Below are positions 33,560 to 43,123 of a stretch of 64,000 bases of DNA, piece after piece. The translations under genes and the position numbers were made by a program. Source of the stretch: Actinomycetota bacterium. Its GTDB lineage: Bacteria > Actinomycetota > Actinomycetes > S36-B12 > UBA10799. The stretch lies in assembly GCA_020637055.1 (NCBI GenBank), contig JACJWR010000002.1, positions 271,802-335,801 on the forward strand, written 5' to 3'. Under the pieces are notes generated by a model that saw only the letters and a program-made list of their open reading frames with translations, had not been told where the DNA came from and ran no database searches. The stretch's first letter is position 1; each line of letters begins with the position of its first letter.

Positions 33560-34014
33560 CCTTCACCCGTGGGGTGCGCATCGGCGTCGACGTCGGCTCG
33601 GTGCGCATCGGCTTGGCCAAGTGCGACCCCGACGGGATCCTGGCGACGCCGCTGCCGGCCATCCGACGCGGTGAGGGCGACCTCGCGGCAATCGCCCGAC
33701 TCGTGGACGAATACCAAGCCCGCGAGGTGATCGTGGGTCTACCGCTGGCGCTGGACGGAGAGGCCCGGTTGGCTGCGGCCTCGGTCACAGAGTTCGCCAC
33801 CGGACTGGCCTCGGCGGTGAGCGTGCCTGTCAGACTGGTTGACGAGAGGTTGTCAACCGTGGCGGCTCAGCGCAGACTTCACAGTGCGGGTCGCGACACG
33901 CGGAGCAGCAGAAGCGCCATCGACAGCGCCGCAGCGACTCTAATAGTGCAAAGCGCCGTGGACTTCGAGAAGAGCACGGGGAAACGTCCCGGGAGGATGG
34001 TCGTCAATCCATGA
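33556..34014 (+). CDS. ruvX: Putative pre-16S rRNA nuclease / Holliday junction resolvase-like YqgF
   Basis: GVDVGSVRIGLAKCD and VIVGLPL motifs. An ATGA overlap with alaS. Length is 152 aa. Confidence 0.9.
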
Positions 34015-35147
34015 GCAACGTCGGACTACCCATGCGGCCGGCGCCGCAAGCGCCCAGTGGGCGCCGCAGGCAGCGACGGCCGCATCAACGGCGTAGCGGC
34101 GCCTTCCCCTTCCTCGTGATGGGCATGGTCGGACTCGGAATTGTGGCCTTGGTGGCCGGCTTCCTCGCGCCGCGTTTCCTGTCCGGTCCGCCGGTCGCGG
34201 ACTACCAGGGGGAAGGCACGGGCACGGTCACCGTAGTCGTCAACCCCGGCGACACCCTCTACGACGTTGCGCTGGAACTCACCAACAACGGGGTCACCGC
34301 CAGTGCCACAGCGTTCACCCGGGCCGCATCCGGCAACGACGCCGCGACCGGCCTGCAACCAGGTACCTACAACCTTCGCGAACAGATGAGCGGTGAAGCA
34401 GCCCTCGCGCTGATCCTCGACCCGGTATCGAGGGTCGTTTCCGGCTTCACCATCCCGGAGGGCGCGCGGATGACGAAGGTCTTCGCGATCGCCTCCGAAG
34501 CCACCGGCATCCCGGTGGCTGAATTCGAGGCGGTCGCAGCCAATCCGGTGGAGTTGAACCTGCCCGCCTACGCCAACGGCAACCCGGAGGGCTTCTTCTA
34601 CCCGGCGCGCTACGAGTTCCAGCCGGATTCCACCGCGCTCGGACTGATGCAGCAGATGGTGGCCAAGTTCAACGAAGTGGCGACCGCGATCAACCTCGAG
34701 GGTGAAGCCGCCGCGCAAGGCCGCAACCCCTACGACGTGGTGATCACGGCCAGCCTGGTGGAGGCCGAAGGTGGGGCCGAAGACTTCGGCAAGGTCGCGC
34801 GCGTGGTTCTCAACCGACTCGAGCAGGGCATGCCGCTGCAGTTCGACTCGACCTCCAACTACGCCAGCGACTCGTCGAACATCCAACTCACCGAAGACCA
34901 GTTGGCGGAAGACACCCCGTACAACTCGTACCTCTACACGGGACTCCCGCCGACCCCGATCAACCAGCCAGGTGAGGCGGCGCTGAAGGCGTCGCTGTTC
35001 CCCGACGAGGGCAACTGGGTGTTCTTCGTCTCCGTCAACCCGGACAAGAAGATCACCAAGTTCACCGATGACTACGACGAGTTCCTCGGCTTCGTAGACG
35101 AGTTGAACGCCTACCTCGCCACCCGTCCGCCGCAGCCGGGGGAGTGA
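34011..35147 (+). CDS. mltG: Endolytic murein transglycosylase MltG (YceG-like)
   Basis: N-terminal TM anchor followed by the YceG motifs TIPEG, ASLVEAE and YNSYLYTGLPPTPINQPG. Confidence 0.9.
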   Translation: MSNVGLPMRPAPQAPSGRRRQRRPHQRRSGAFPFLVMGMVGLGIVALVAGFLAPRFLSGPPVADYQGEGTGTVTVVVNPGDTLYDVALELTNNGVTASATAFTRAASGNDAATGLQPGTYNLREQMSGEAALALILDPVSRVVSGFTIPEGARMTKVFAIASEATGIPVAEFEAVAANPVELNLPAYANGNPEGFFYPARYEFQPDSTALGLMQQMVAKFNEVATAINLEGEAAAQGRNPYDVVITASLVEAEGGAEDFGKVARVVLNRLEQGMPLQFDSTSNYASDSSNIQLTEDQLAEDTPYNSYLYTGLPPTPINQPGEAALKASLFPDEGNWVFFVSVNPDKKITKFTDDYDEFLGFVDELNAYLATRPPQPGE

Positions 35148-35971
35148 TGGGTGGTCCCGGCGGACCGCGCCGGGCCGCCGTGCTCGGCTCCCCGATCGGG
35201 CACAGCAAATCGCCGGCGCTGCACCGTGCGGCCTATCGGGCGGCCGGGCATCCGGACTGGACGTACGAGGCGATCGAGTCGCGCTGCGATGATCTGGCCG
35301 GCTTCATCTCCGGATTGGACCGCACCTGGCTCGGGCTGTCGTTGACGATGCCCTGCAAGGAGGCGGGTCTCGCGGCTGCGGACTGGGTGGATCCGGTCGC
35401 ATCGACAACCGGGGCAGTCAACACTCTGGTACTCGGCGACGCTTCCGGCGCGCGCGTGAGTGGCTACAACACCGACGTCGACGGCATCGTGGCCGCGCTC
35501 GCCGAGGCGGAGGTCGGGCCGACCCGTCACGCGGCCGTGCTCGGGGCCGGCGCCACCGCACGATCGGCAGTGGCCGCCATGGCACGACGCGGCGCCAAAC
35601 GTATCGACGTCTACGCCCGGCGGGCGTCGGCGGCCGAACGGGTGGTCTCACTCGCGCGTGACCTCGGCTGCGATGCACTCGGTCGACCATGGCAGGAGGC
35701 CGGAGACTGTCTCGCGGCCGATGTGGTGCTGAGCACCGTGCCGGCAGGTGCCGCGGCGTCGCTCGCCTCATCGATCCGTGGGCGCGATTCCGGTGCCGCG
35801 CTGCTCGATGTCGCCTATCAGCCGTGGCCGTCGGCGCTGTCTGCGGTGTGGCCGGGCCCCATCACGGTGTCCGGGCTGTCGATGCTGCTCTGGCAGGCGG
35901 TGGCGCAGGTGCGTCTCATGGCAGGATTCGACCCCGATGTGGCCGCAATGAAGGCTGCAGTCGGCCTCTAG
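35144..35971 (+). CDS. aroE: Shikimate dehydrogenase
   Basis: VLGSPIGHSKSPALH, LSLTMPCK, NTDVDG and the GAGATARS NADP loop. Confidence 0.9.
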   Translation: MMGGPGGPRRAAVLGSPIGHSKSPALHRAAYRAAGHPDWTYEAIESRCDDLAGFISGLDRTWLGLSLTMPCKEAGLAAADWVDPVASTTGAVNTLVLGDASGARVSGYNTDVDGIVAALAEAEVGPTRHAAVLGAGATARSAVAAMARRGAKRIDVYARRASAAERVVSLARDLGCDALGRPWQEAGDCLAADVVLSTVPAGAAASLASSIRGRDSGAALLDVAYQPWPSALSAVWPGPITVSGLSMLLWQAVAQVRLMAGFDPDVAAMKAAVGL

Positions 35972-35998
35972 CGCGCTTTTCTCGGCAATGATGGAGCC

Positions 35999-37666
35999 AT
36001 GGCACAACTGGCCGACTATCTGCTCGCGAATCGCTTGGTCTCGCCCAACGACTTGGAGACCGCAGCGGCGGAAAGTCATGCCTCTGGGCGGACACTCGGC
36101 CAGGTGCTCGTCGACCTGGGCATCTTGCCGGAATCGACCTTGGTCAAGTTCGTCGCCTCCCAACTGGGCATGCCGTTCTATGAACTCGCCGACGTGTCCG
36201 TGGACGGTTCGGCCATCGCGCTCGTCCCGGAAGGGATGTGCCGTCGATATGCACTGATGCCGGTCGGCTTCTCCGGTGAGGCGCTGCGGATCGCCATGGC
36301 CGACCCTTCGAACGTGGTGGCGCTGGACGATCTGCGTTCCACGACCGGCCGGGAGATCAAGGTAGGTGTGGCGACCCGGGGTGACATCGTCGCCGCCATC
36401 AACCGCCACTATCGATCGGAGGGCGAACTAGGCGACATCAGCCTGGCCATCGATGCCGAGGATGAGCAACTCGAGGACCTCGCGAACGTTCGTCAGATCA
36501 CTGAAGAGGCCCCGATCGTCAAGTACGTCAACCTGCTCATCACGCAGGCGATCAACGACCGTGCCAGCGACATTCACCTCGAGCCCACCGAGAAGGATCT
36601 GCGGGTGCGCTTCCGGATCGACGGGGTGCTGCACGAGGTCATGCACTCGCCGAAGTCCATCCAATCGGGGGTCATCAGCCGGCTCAAGATCATGTGCGAC
36701 ATGAACATCGCCGAACGACGGATTCCACAGGACGGCCGACTGACGGTGAACGTGCCCGGGGGCAAGGTGGACCTGCGGGTGGCGACGCTCCCCACGGTCT
36801 GGGGCGAGAAAGTTGTGATGCGGATCTTGGACAACTCCACCGCCATGCTCGACCTGGCCCAACTCGGCTTCAGCACCGGCAACTACGAGCGGTTCAGCGA
36901 GAGCTTCGGCAAGCCCTACGGAATGCTGTTGGTGGTAGGACCCACCGGATCGGGCAAGTCCACGACCCTGTACGCCACGCTGAACATCCTGAACAAACCC
37001 GAGGTCAACATCATCACGGTGGAGGACCCGGTCGAATACCGCCTTGCCGGCATCAACCAGGTGCAGACCCATGTGAAGGCCGGCTTGACCTTCGCCGCAG
37101 CGTTGCGCAGCATCCTGAGGTCCGATCCCGACATCGTGCTCATCGGCGAGGTCCGGGACTACGAGACCGCCCAGATCGCCGTCGAATCGGCACTCACCGG
37201 TCACCTGGTGCTCACCACCTTGCACACGAACGACGCCCCCAGTGCCGTCACCCGGTTGGTGGAGATGGGGATCGAGCCGTTCCTGGTGGGCTCGGCGGTG
37301 GATTGCGTGCTGGCCCAACGGCTCGCCAGACGCCTATGCACGAAGTGCCGGAGGGCTTACACGCCGGTGCCGGAGGTGCTGGAGGCGGCACGTTTTCCCT
37401 GGCACGACGGTGAGCCGCTGCCGACCCTGTTCGAACCGGTCGGCTGTTCGCACTGCTCGAGGACCGGCTACCGGGGACGTCTCGCGTTGCACGAGATCAT
37501 GCCGGTGACGCCGGCGATCGAGCGGTTGGCCGCAGCGCGTGCCTCGGCCAACGAGGTCGAGAGTGTGGCGCGCGAGGAAGGCATGGTCAACCTGCGCGAG
37601 GACGGGATGGCGAAGGTCATCAGCGGCCTGACCAGTTTGGAGGAGGTGCTCCGGGTGGTGGTGTGA
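35999..37666 (+). CDS. pilB: Type IV pilus assembly ATPase PilB (GspE family)
   Basis: N-terminal GSPII_E-type domain, Walker A GPTGSGKSTTLYA, VEDPVEY, Walker B/His-box region IVLIGEVRD..TGHLVLTTLH, and tetracysteine CTKC...CSHC. Confidence 0.92.
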   Translation: MAQLADYLLANRLVSPNDLETAAAESHASGRTLGQVLVDLGILPESTLVKFVASQLGMPFYELADVSVDGSAIALVPEGMCRRYALMPVGFSGEALRIAMADPSNVVALDDLRSTTGREIKVGVATRGDIVAAINRHYRSEGELGDISLAIDAEDEQLEDLANVRQITEEAPIVKYVNLLITQAINDRASDIHLEPTEKDLRVRFRIDGVLHEVMHSPKSIQSGVISRLKIMCDMNIAERRIPQDGRLTVNVPGGKVDLRVATLPTVWGEKVVMRILDNSTAMLDLAQLGFSTGNYERFSESFGKPYGMLLVVGPTGSGKSTTLYATLNILNKPEVNIITVEDPVEYRLAGINQVQTHVKAGLTFAAALRSILRSDPDIVLIGEVRDYETAQIAVESALTGHLVLTTLHTNDAPSAVTRLVEMGIEPFLVGSAVDCVLAQRLARRLCTKCRRAYTPVPEVLEAARFPWHDGEPLPTLFEPVGCSHCSRTGYRGRLALHEIMPVTPAIERLAAARASANEVESVAREEGMVNLREDGMAKVISGLTSLEEVLRVVV

Positions 37667-37801
37667 AGCACCGGGGCCTTCGCAGTGACCGATGCTGGAG
37701 TGCGAGAAACCCGACACGGATGCAGTAGCGGGGTAGATTGACAGATGGACGGCGTCCGATCATCACCACAGGCCGCGGACTGCTGAAGAGCGAGGTGCAC
37801 C

Positions 37802-39106
37802 ATGACTGAGCCGCAATGGGGTGCGCCGCCGCCGGGCAACGGACAACGCTTTGCCGCCTATGGCCCGCCCGCACAGCCGCAGGCCCCGCCACCTCCGCCG
37901 CCGGGGTACCAGAATCGACCTGCACCGCCGGTGGCGCCGGTCCGCCAGCCGCCGCCTCGGCCCACTGCACCGGCCGACGGAAGTGGGGACGAAGGTTGGG
38001 ACACGCTCTCGCGCGGCACCGAGCAAGGGGTGCGCACAGGCGATCTGTCGCTCACGAATGTGCTCGAGGAGATGCTGGCCTTCAACAGTTCGGATCTTCA
38101 CCTGACGGCCGGTGCGCCCCCCACGATTCGGGTCAATGGGGAATTGCAGCCCATGGAAGGTTATGGGGTCCTCTCCGGGGCCGAGGTTCGACGCGTGATG
38201 TACGCGGTGATGACACAGGCCCAGCGGGAGCGGTTCGAAGAGGATCTCGAACTGGACTTCTCCTACGCCATCCCGGGCGTTTCACGATTCCGCGTGAACG
38301 TCTACCGGCAGAAGGACAACCTGGGTGCGGCGTTCCGAGTGATTCCGATGGAGATCAAGCCGCTCTCGGAACTGGGCATCCCCGCAGTGGTCGCCAATTT
38401 CGCCTCGTTGCCCAGAGGATTCGTCCTGGTCACCGGCCCGACCGGGTCGGGCAAATCGACGACCCTGGCCTCGCTGATCGACTTGGCGAATCGCTCTCGT
38501 CGCGAGCACATCATGACCGTTGAGGATCCGATCGAGTTCCTGCACGAGCACAAACTGTGCCTGGTCAACCAGCGGGAGGTCGGTTCGGATACCACCTCGT
38601 TCGGGGAGGCGCTCAAGCACGTGTTGCGGCAGGACCCGGACATCATTCTGGTTGGTGAGATGCGTGACTTGGAGACCATCCAGGTGGCGCTCACGGCGGC
38701 CGAGACCGGCCACCTGGTGTTCGCCACCCTGCACACCCAGGACGCCGCGCAGACCGTGGACAGAATCATCGACGTGTTCCCACCCCACCAACAGCAGCAG
38801 ATCAGGCAGCAGCTGGCGGGAACCCTGCAGGGAGTTGTGTGCCAAACCCTGTGCCGCACGGCGGATGGCCGGGGTCGGGCGGTGGCCACTGAGGTGATGG
38901 TGGCCACGCCGGCGATCCGCAACCTGATCCGGGAGGGAAAGACCCACCAGATCTACTCAGCCATGCAGGCCGGAGCCTCCTATGGGATGCACACGTTGGA
39001 CCAGCACCTCGCCAGTCTGGTGAAGAGCCGGACGATCACCTATGAAGTTGGTGCGGACAAGTGCCATCATGCAGAAGACTTCAACCGGCTGTGCGGGCAC
39101 GCCTAG
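37802..39106 (+). CDS. pilT: Type IV pilus retraction ATPase PilT with a Pro-rich N-terminal extension
   Basis: SDLHLTAG, Walker A GPTGSGKSTTLAS, VEDPIEF, ILVGEMRD, TGHLVFATLHT and AIRNLIREGK. A canonical-length protein would start at GTG 38030. Confidence 0.9.
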   Translation: MTEPQWGAPPPGNGQRFAAYGPPAQPQAPPPPPPGYQNRPAPPVAPVRQPPPRPTAPADGSGDEGWDTLSRGTEQGVRTGDLSLTNVLEEMLAFNSSDLHLTAGAPPTIRVNGELQPMEGYGVLSGAEVRRVMYAVMTQAQRERFEEDLELDFSYAIPGVSRFRVNVYRQKDNLGAAFRVIPMEIKPLSELGIPAVVANFASLPRGFVLVTGPTGSGKSTTLASLIDLANRSRREHIMTVEDPIEFLHEHKLCLVNQREVGSDTTSFGEALKHVLRQDPDIILVGEMRDLETIQVALTAAETGHLVFATLHTQDAAQTVDRIIDVFPPHQQQQIRQQLAGTLQGVVCQTLCRTADGRGRAVATEVMVATPAIRNLIREGKTHQIYSAMQAGASYGMHTLDQHLASLVKSRTITYEVGADKCHHAEDFNRLCGHA

Positions 39107-39136
39107 CGGGGTCGGAAGCGGCAGGAGAGCGGTGAG

Positions 39137-40354
39137 ATGACGACGACGTTCGAATACGCGGTCCGGACCCGCGAGGGTAAGGTCACCAAGGGCCGCGTCG
39201 AGGGTGACTCCAAGGCGGTCGTGGCCGAAAAACTCAAGGCCATGGGCTACACCCCGGTGTCGCTGGAGGAGGTCAAGACCACCGGCCTCAGCCGGGAGAT
39301 CACACTCGGTGGCCAGAAGCGAGTCAAACTCAAGGATCTCGCGATCCTGTCCCGCCAGTTCTCAACCATGATCAACTCTGGTCTGTCGCTGTTGCGTTCG
39401 CTGAGCATCCTCGAGGAGCAGACGCAGAACTCCCGGCTGGCAGCGGTCATGGGCAAGGTGCGTATCGATGTGGAGGGCGGAGCGTCCCTCAGCGGTGCCA
39501 TGGCCAAGCACCCGGATGTCTTCCCGCCGATCATGGTGCACATGACTCGGGCCGGCGAGGTCGGCGGATTCCTCGATCAGGTGATGAGTCAACTCGCCGC
39601 CAACTTCGAAGCCGAAGTTCGGCTGCGCGGGAAGATCAAGTCGGCGATGACGTATCCGGTGGTGGTCTTCGTCATGGCGATCCTGGCGATGACGGCGATG
39701 CTGCTCTTCATCGTTCCAGTGTTCGCGTCGATGTTCGAAAGCCTCGGCGGGGAGTTGCCGCTGCCGACCCGGATCCTGGTGTGGATGTCGAGCACGTTGA
39801 AGATCCTCGCCCCGGTGATCGTGGTCCTGCTGCTGGTCTTCTTCTGGTGGTGGCGACGGCACAAGCACGACCAGAAGGTGCGCGACTTCGTCGACCCGCT
39901 GAAGTTGAAAGCGCCGGTGTTCGGACCGCTGGCGCAGAAGATCGCCATCTCGCGATTCACCCGGAACCTTGGAACGATGGTGCACTCCGGCGTGCCCATC
40001 CTGCAGGCGCTGGACATCACCGGCCAGACAACCGGAAACATCGTGATTGAACGCGCCGTGGCGGATGTGCAGGACTCGGTCCGTCGTGGCGAGCCCCTCG
40101 CCAGGCCGCTTACCCACCACCCCGTTTTCCCGCCGATGGTGGTGCAGATGATGGCCGTGGGCGAGGACACCGGCGCCCTCGACTTGATGCTCGGGAAGAT
40201 CTCAGACTTCTACGACGCCGAGGTGGAGTCCACCACGGAATCGCTCACCTCACTCATCGAACCTCTGATGATCGCCGTGGTCGGGGGAATGATCGGAGCC
40301 ATGATCATCGCCTTGTACATGCCGATCTTCAAGGTGTTCGACTTGATCAAGTAG
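39137..40354 (+). CDS. pilC: Type IV pilus platform protein PilC (GspF family)
   Basis: 405 aa with two GspF repeats (FSTMINSGLSLLRSL, FTRNLGTMVHSGVPILQAL) and three TM segments. Confidence 0.92.
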   Translation: MTTTFEYAVRTREGKVTKGRVEGDSKAVVAEKLKAMGYTPVSLEEVKTTGLSREITLGGQKRVKLKDLAILSRQFSTMINSGLSLLRSLSILEEQTQNSRLAAVMGKVRIDVEGGASLSGAMAKHPDVFPPIMVHMTRAGEVGGFLDQVMSQLAANFEAEVRLRGKIKSAMTYPVVVFVMAILAMTAMLLFIVPVFASMFESLGGELPLPTRILVWMSSTLKILAPVIVVLLLVFFWWWRRHKHDQKVRDFVDPLKLKAPVFGPLAQKIAISRFTRNLGTMVHSGVPILQALDITGQTTGNIVIERAVADVQDSVRRGEPLARPLTHHPVFPPMVVQMMAVGEDTGALDLMLGKISDFYDAEVESTTESLTSLIEPLMIAVVGGMIGAMIIALYMPIFKVFDLIK

Positions 40355-40382
40355 CAGTTGGTGTGCGAGGAGGAGGTCGACG

Positions 40383-41495
40383 ATGACGATCCAGAGCAAA
40401 CCCGTGACCAACGAATCTCCAACCACGCCAGGCTGGTACCCGTTCGGGCGACCAGGATCCGTCGCGGAATGGGATGGGCATGCCTGGACGTCGCAGTCCC
40501 GTCCTGATGAGTCAGTAGCGGAACCGGCCAAGCGGAAGCATCATCCGTTCAGGTTCCTGGGGCACCGTTGGTTCTGGGCGGTGGCGGTCGGGAACCTGAT
40601 CGTCATCGGTGGCGGGCTGCTCATGGTCGCCACGGACAGCAAGCCGCTGACTTGGGCGGTTGTCGTGGTCGGCATGATCGTTTTCGGCGCAGGGGTGGTG
40701 CTGCTCGTCGACCGGCGTGAGGCTTTTGGGCAACTGACTACACTGCGTCCGCTGTTGCTATGGGGCATCGTCTCAGGGCTCGTCGCTTTCGCGCTCGCGG
40801 TGCTGATCGAGAATCGATTGGAACCGGATCTTGGCCTTCCGACCGAGGCCAGGCTCTGGTTGGCAGGGCCGGTGGAGGAGACTCTGAAACTTGCCATCCC
40901 GTTTCTGCTGCTGGTGTTCGGCGGCAGTCGATTCAAGGATCCACGGGCCGGTCTGCTGCTGGTGATCTTGAGCGGCGTGGTGCTGGGTGGGATGGAGGCA
41001 GCCGAATACACCGCGCAATCGGACCTGAAATGGACACCGTTGTTGATGGGAATCATCCGTCCGGGTACCGAACTGATTCACCCACTGCTCACCGGATTCG
41101 CGGCCGGAGTGATCTGGCTCGCGGCGTGGCGTGCCAGGCGACCGGTCACAGCTGTGGGAGTGGGCGCCTGGGTGTTGGCGATGGCCATCCACTCCCTGCA
41201 CGACGGCCTCATGGGGCGCAATGTGAATACCTCCACGCTCAAACCTCCGACCATGGAATCAGCCGGGGAGGCCGTTGCGGTCAGCGTTGTGGTGTTGGTG
41301 CCGACCGTGGTGTTGGCAGTCCTATTCTTCCTGTTGTTGCGCCACGCGGCCCGGGAACTCGTGCCACCGGACGTGATCGGAGTCAACGCGCCGCATTGGC
41401 GGCCCCAGTTGAAGCGGTGGGGTGTGCCGAGGGCCGATAGGGGACTGGACCAGGACAGCACCTCGCCGCCCGTCGGCGGGACAGCGACGGGTTAG
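40383..41495 (+). CDS. DUF2510 N-terminal domain fused to a PrsW-family intramembrane glutamic protease
   Basis: GWYPFGRPGSVAEWDGHAWT is the DUF2510-type motif. PrsW motifs are VEETLKL (EExxK), GGMEAAEY and HSLHD within a multi-TM body. GAGGAGG RBS precedes the ATG. Confidence 0.75.
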   Translation: MTIQSKPVTNESPTTPGWYPFGRPGSVAEWDGHAWTSQSRPDESVAEPAKRKHHPFRFLGHRWFWAVAVGNLIVIGGGLLMVATDSKPLTWAVVVVGMIVFGAGVVLLVDRREAFGQLTTLRPLLLWGIVSGLVAFALAVLIENRLEPDLGLPTEARLWLAGPVEETLKLAIPFLLLVFGGSRFKDPRAGLLLVILSGVVLGGMEAAEYTAQSDLKWTPLLMGIIRPGTELIHPLLTGFAAGVIWLAAWRARRPVTAVGVGAWVLAMAIHSLHDGLMGRNVNTSTLKPPTMESAGEAVAVSVVVLVPTVVLAVLFFLLLRHAARELVPPDVIGVNAPHWRPQLKRWGVPRADRGLDQDSTSPPVGGTATG

Positions 41496-43123
41496 ACGAT
41501 GTCGCGTCGGCGGAAGCCGATGAAGGCAACCCCGACCAGAAGGGCCGCAAGCGCCAGCGTCACCAGCAGACCTGCGTAGTCGGGTCCTGGGGACTCCAGG
41601 TTCGGCACGTGCCACAGCGGCGAGATGGCCAGAGCCCAGTCCGGGAGCCGGAATGACGGTCCCAGCAAAGTCAGTCCGAAAGTGGCCACAATCGCAATCC
41701 ACGCCACTAGGCGAAGTTGCGGTCGAACGGCGACCGCGGCGAGTCCGATTCCGATCAGGAGCCATAGGGCCGGCAATGCCAACACTCCCTGCGTGAGCAC
41801 GGCACCCACCGTGACGGGCTCGCTAGCGCCAGCAGCGATCGATCCGATGACAACGGTGGCCGCGAGGAGTGCGACAGCAGGGCCGAGAAGTGCCACCGCT
41901 GCGTTGCTGAGAAGGTAGCGGGAGCGGCTGAGTTGGCCGGCAAGAAGAGGTTCCACCCGGTAGGCCACCTCTTCGCTGTGGACCCGGTTGGCCACCCCGA
42001 CTCCGTACAGCGCGGCGATTATCGTCAGCAGGTCGATGAGGGTGATGATCAGTCCCAGTGCAAGGGCCTCGTAGGTGGCAGCGCCACCGGCCAGGAGTTG
42101 GGCGATCGCAGGATTCGTCTGGATGACCTCGATCATCGTGGTCGAGAGCAGGCCGAAGACTCCACCGACGATCAGCAAGCCCACAGTCCACGAAACGATG
42201 GCGCTCCGGTTGAGGCGGATCGTGAAACCCCAGAGGTGGGCGGCTGCGCCGCCACTCGCCGGCCCCGGTCGGGCCGGGATCAAACCCTGGCCGAAGTCAC
42301 GTCGATTCTGCAGCAGAAAGGCGAAGACGACCAACGCAGCGGTGAGGCCGAGGCAGGCCAGCAGCGGCCACCAGTTGTTCTCCGTGCCCGGAGCCACGCG
42401 CTGAGTCCACCCGAGCGGTGAGAGCCACCAGCTCGATCCGTCCGTGCTTGCGGTGTCGAGGGCTCCACGGAGCAGGAATGCACCGCCCAATATTCCGATG
42501 GCAAGCGAACCCGCTGCTCTGGCATCCGAGGCCACCTGCGCCGTGACTGCTGCCAATGCGGCGAACATGAAGCCGGATGCGGTGAAAGTAGCACCCAGCG
42601 CGATCGACGAGGTCGCATCCCCACCGAGTAGCACCAAGCCGACGGATGCCACGACACCCGCGGCGGCGGAGGCGATCAGTGCCATGGCGACGGCGACGGC
42701 CAGTCGCGCGGATCGTCCCACGACACCGGAGGCGATGAGTTCGGCCTGACCGGAGTCCTCGTTCGCACGACTGTTGCGGATCACGATCAGGATCGCCATC
42801 AGCGACACGAAGAAGCCGCCAAGCGTCAGCGACCGCCAGGAGGTGAAACCCTCCACGGTGCTGAGGTCCTGCGGCGGACCGAAGATCAGGTTGAATGCGG
42901 GGTTGGCGCCGACTGAGGTGATGAATTCGGCCTTGGTTGTCGGGTCGTTGAAGAGGATGTTGAACGCCAGCACCGACGACATGGCAAGCGCGCTGACCCC
43001 GGCGATCCAGGGCACGATGAGTCTGGTGTCTTGGCGCAGCGAGGCGGCCAACAGCGGGCGCAACCCGGTCAGCGGACCGCCTTGATGCTGCTGATCTGCG
43101 GTGGGCGCGACCTGGGTGGTCAT
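41492..43123 (-). CDS. ABC exporter permease (12-TM, 'polyketide antibiotic exporter'-like)
   Basis: A 543-aa, highly hydrophobic protein with no ATPase motifs. Its start overlaps the stop of the upstream DrrA-like ATPase by 4 nt. Confidence 0.8.
   Translation of the reverse strand: MTTQVAPTADQQHQGGPLTGLRPLLAASLRQDTRLIVPWIAGVSALAMSSVLAFNILFNDPTTKAEFITSVGANPAFNLIFGPPQDLSTVEGFTSWRSLTLGGFFVSLMAILIVIRNSRANEDSGQAELIASGVVGRSARLAVAVAMALIASAAAGVVASVGLVLLGGDATSSIALGATFTASGFMFAALAAVTAQVASDARAAGSLAIGILGGAFLLRGALDTASTDGSSWWLSPLGWTQRVAPGTENNWWPLLACLGLTAALVVFAFLLQNRRDFGQGLIPARPGPASGGAAAHLWGFTIRLNRSAIVSWTVGLLIVGGVFGLLSTTMIEVIQTNPAIAQLLAGGAATYEALALGLIITLIDLLTIIAALYGVGVANRVHSEEVAYRVEPLLAGQLSRSRYLLSNAAVALLGPAVALLAATVVIGSIAAGASEPVTVGAVLTQGVLALPALWLLIGIGLAAVAVRPQLRLVAWIAIVATFGLTLLGPSFRLPDWALAISPLWHVPNLESPGPDYAGLLVTLALAALLVGVAFIGFRRRDIV

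Noticed and set aside
37737-37742. Perfect TTGACA -35 hexamer in the pilB-pilT spacer
   Set aside because: No acceptable TAnnnT -10 element lies 16-18 nt downstream, so a promoter cannot be supported from sequence alone.
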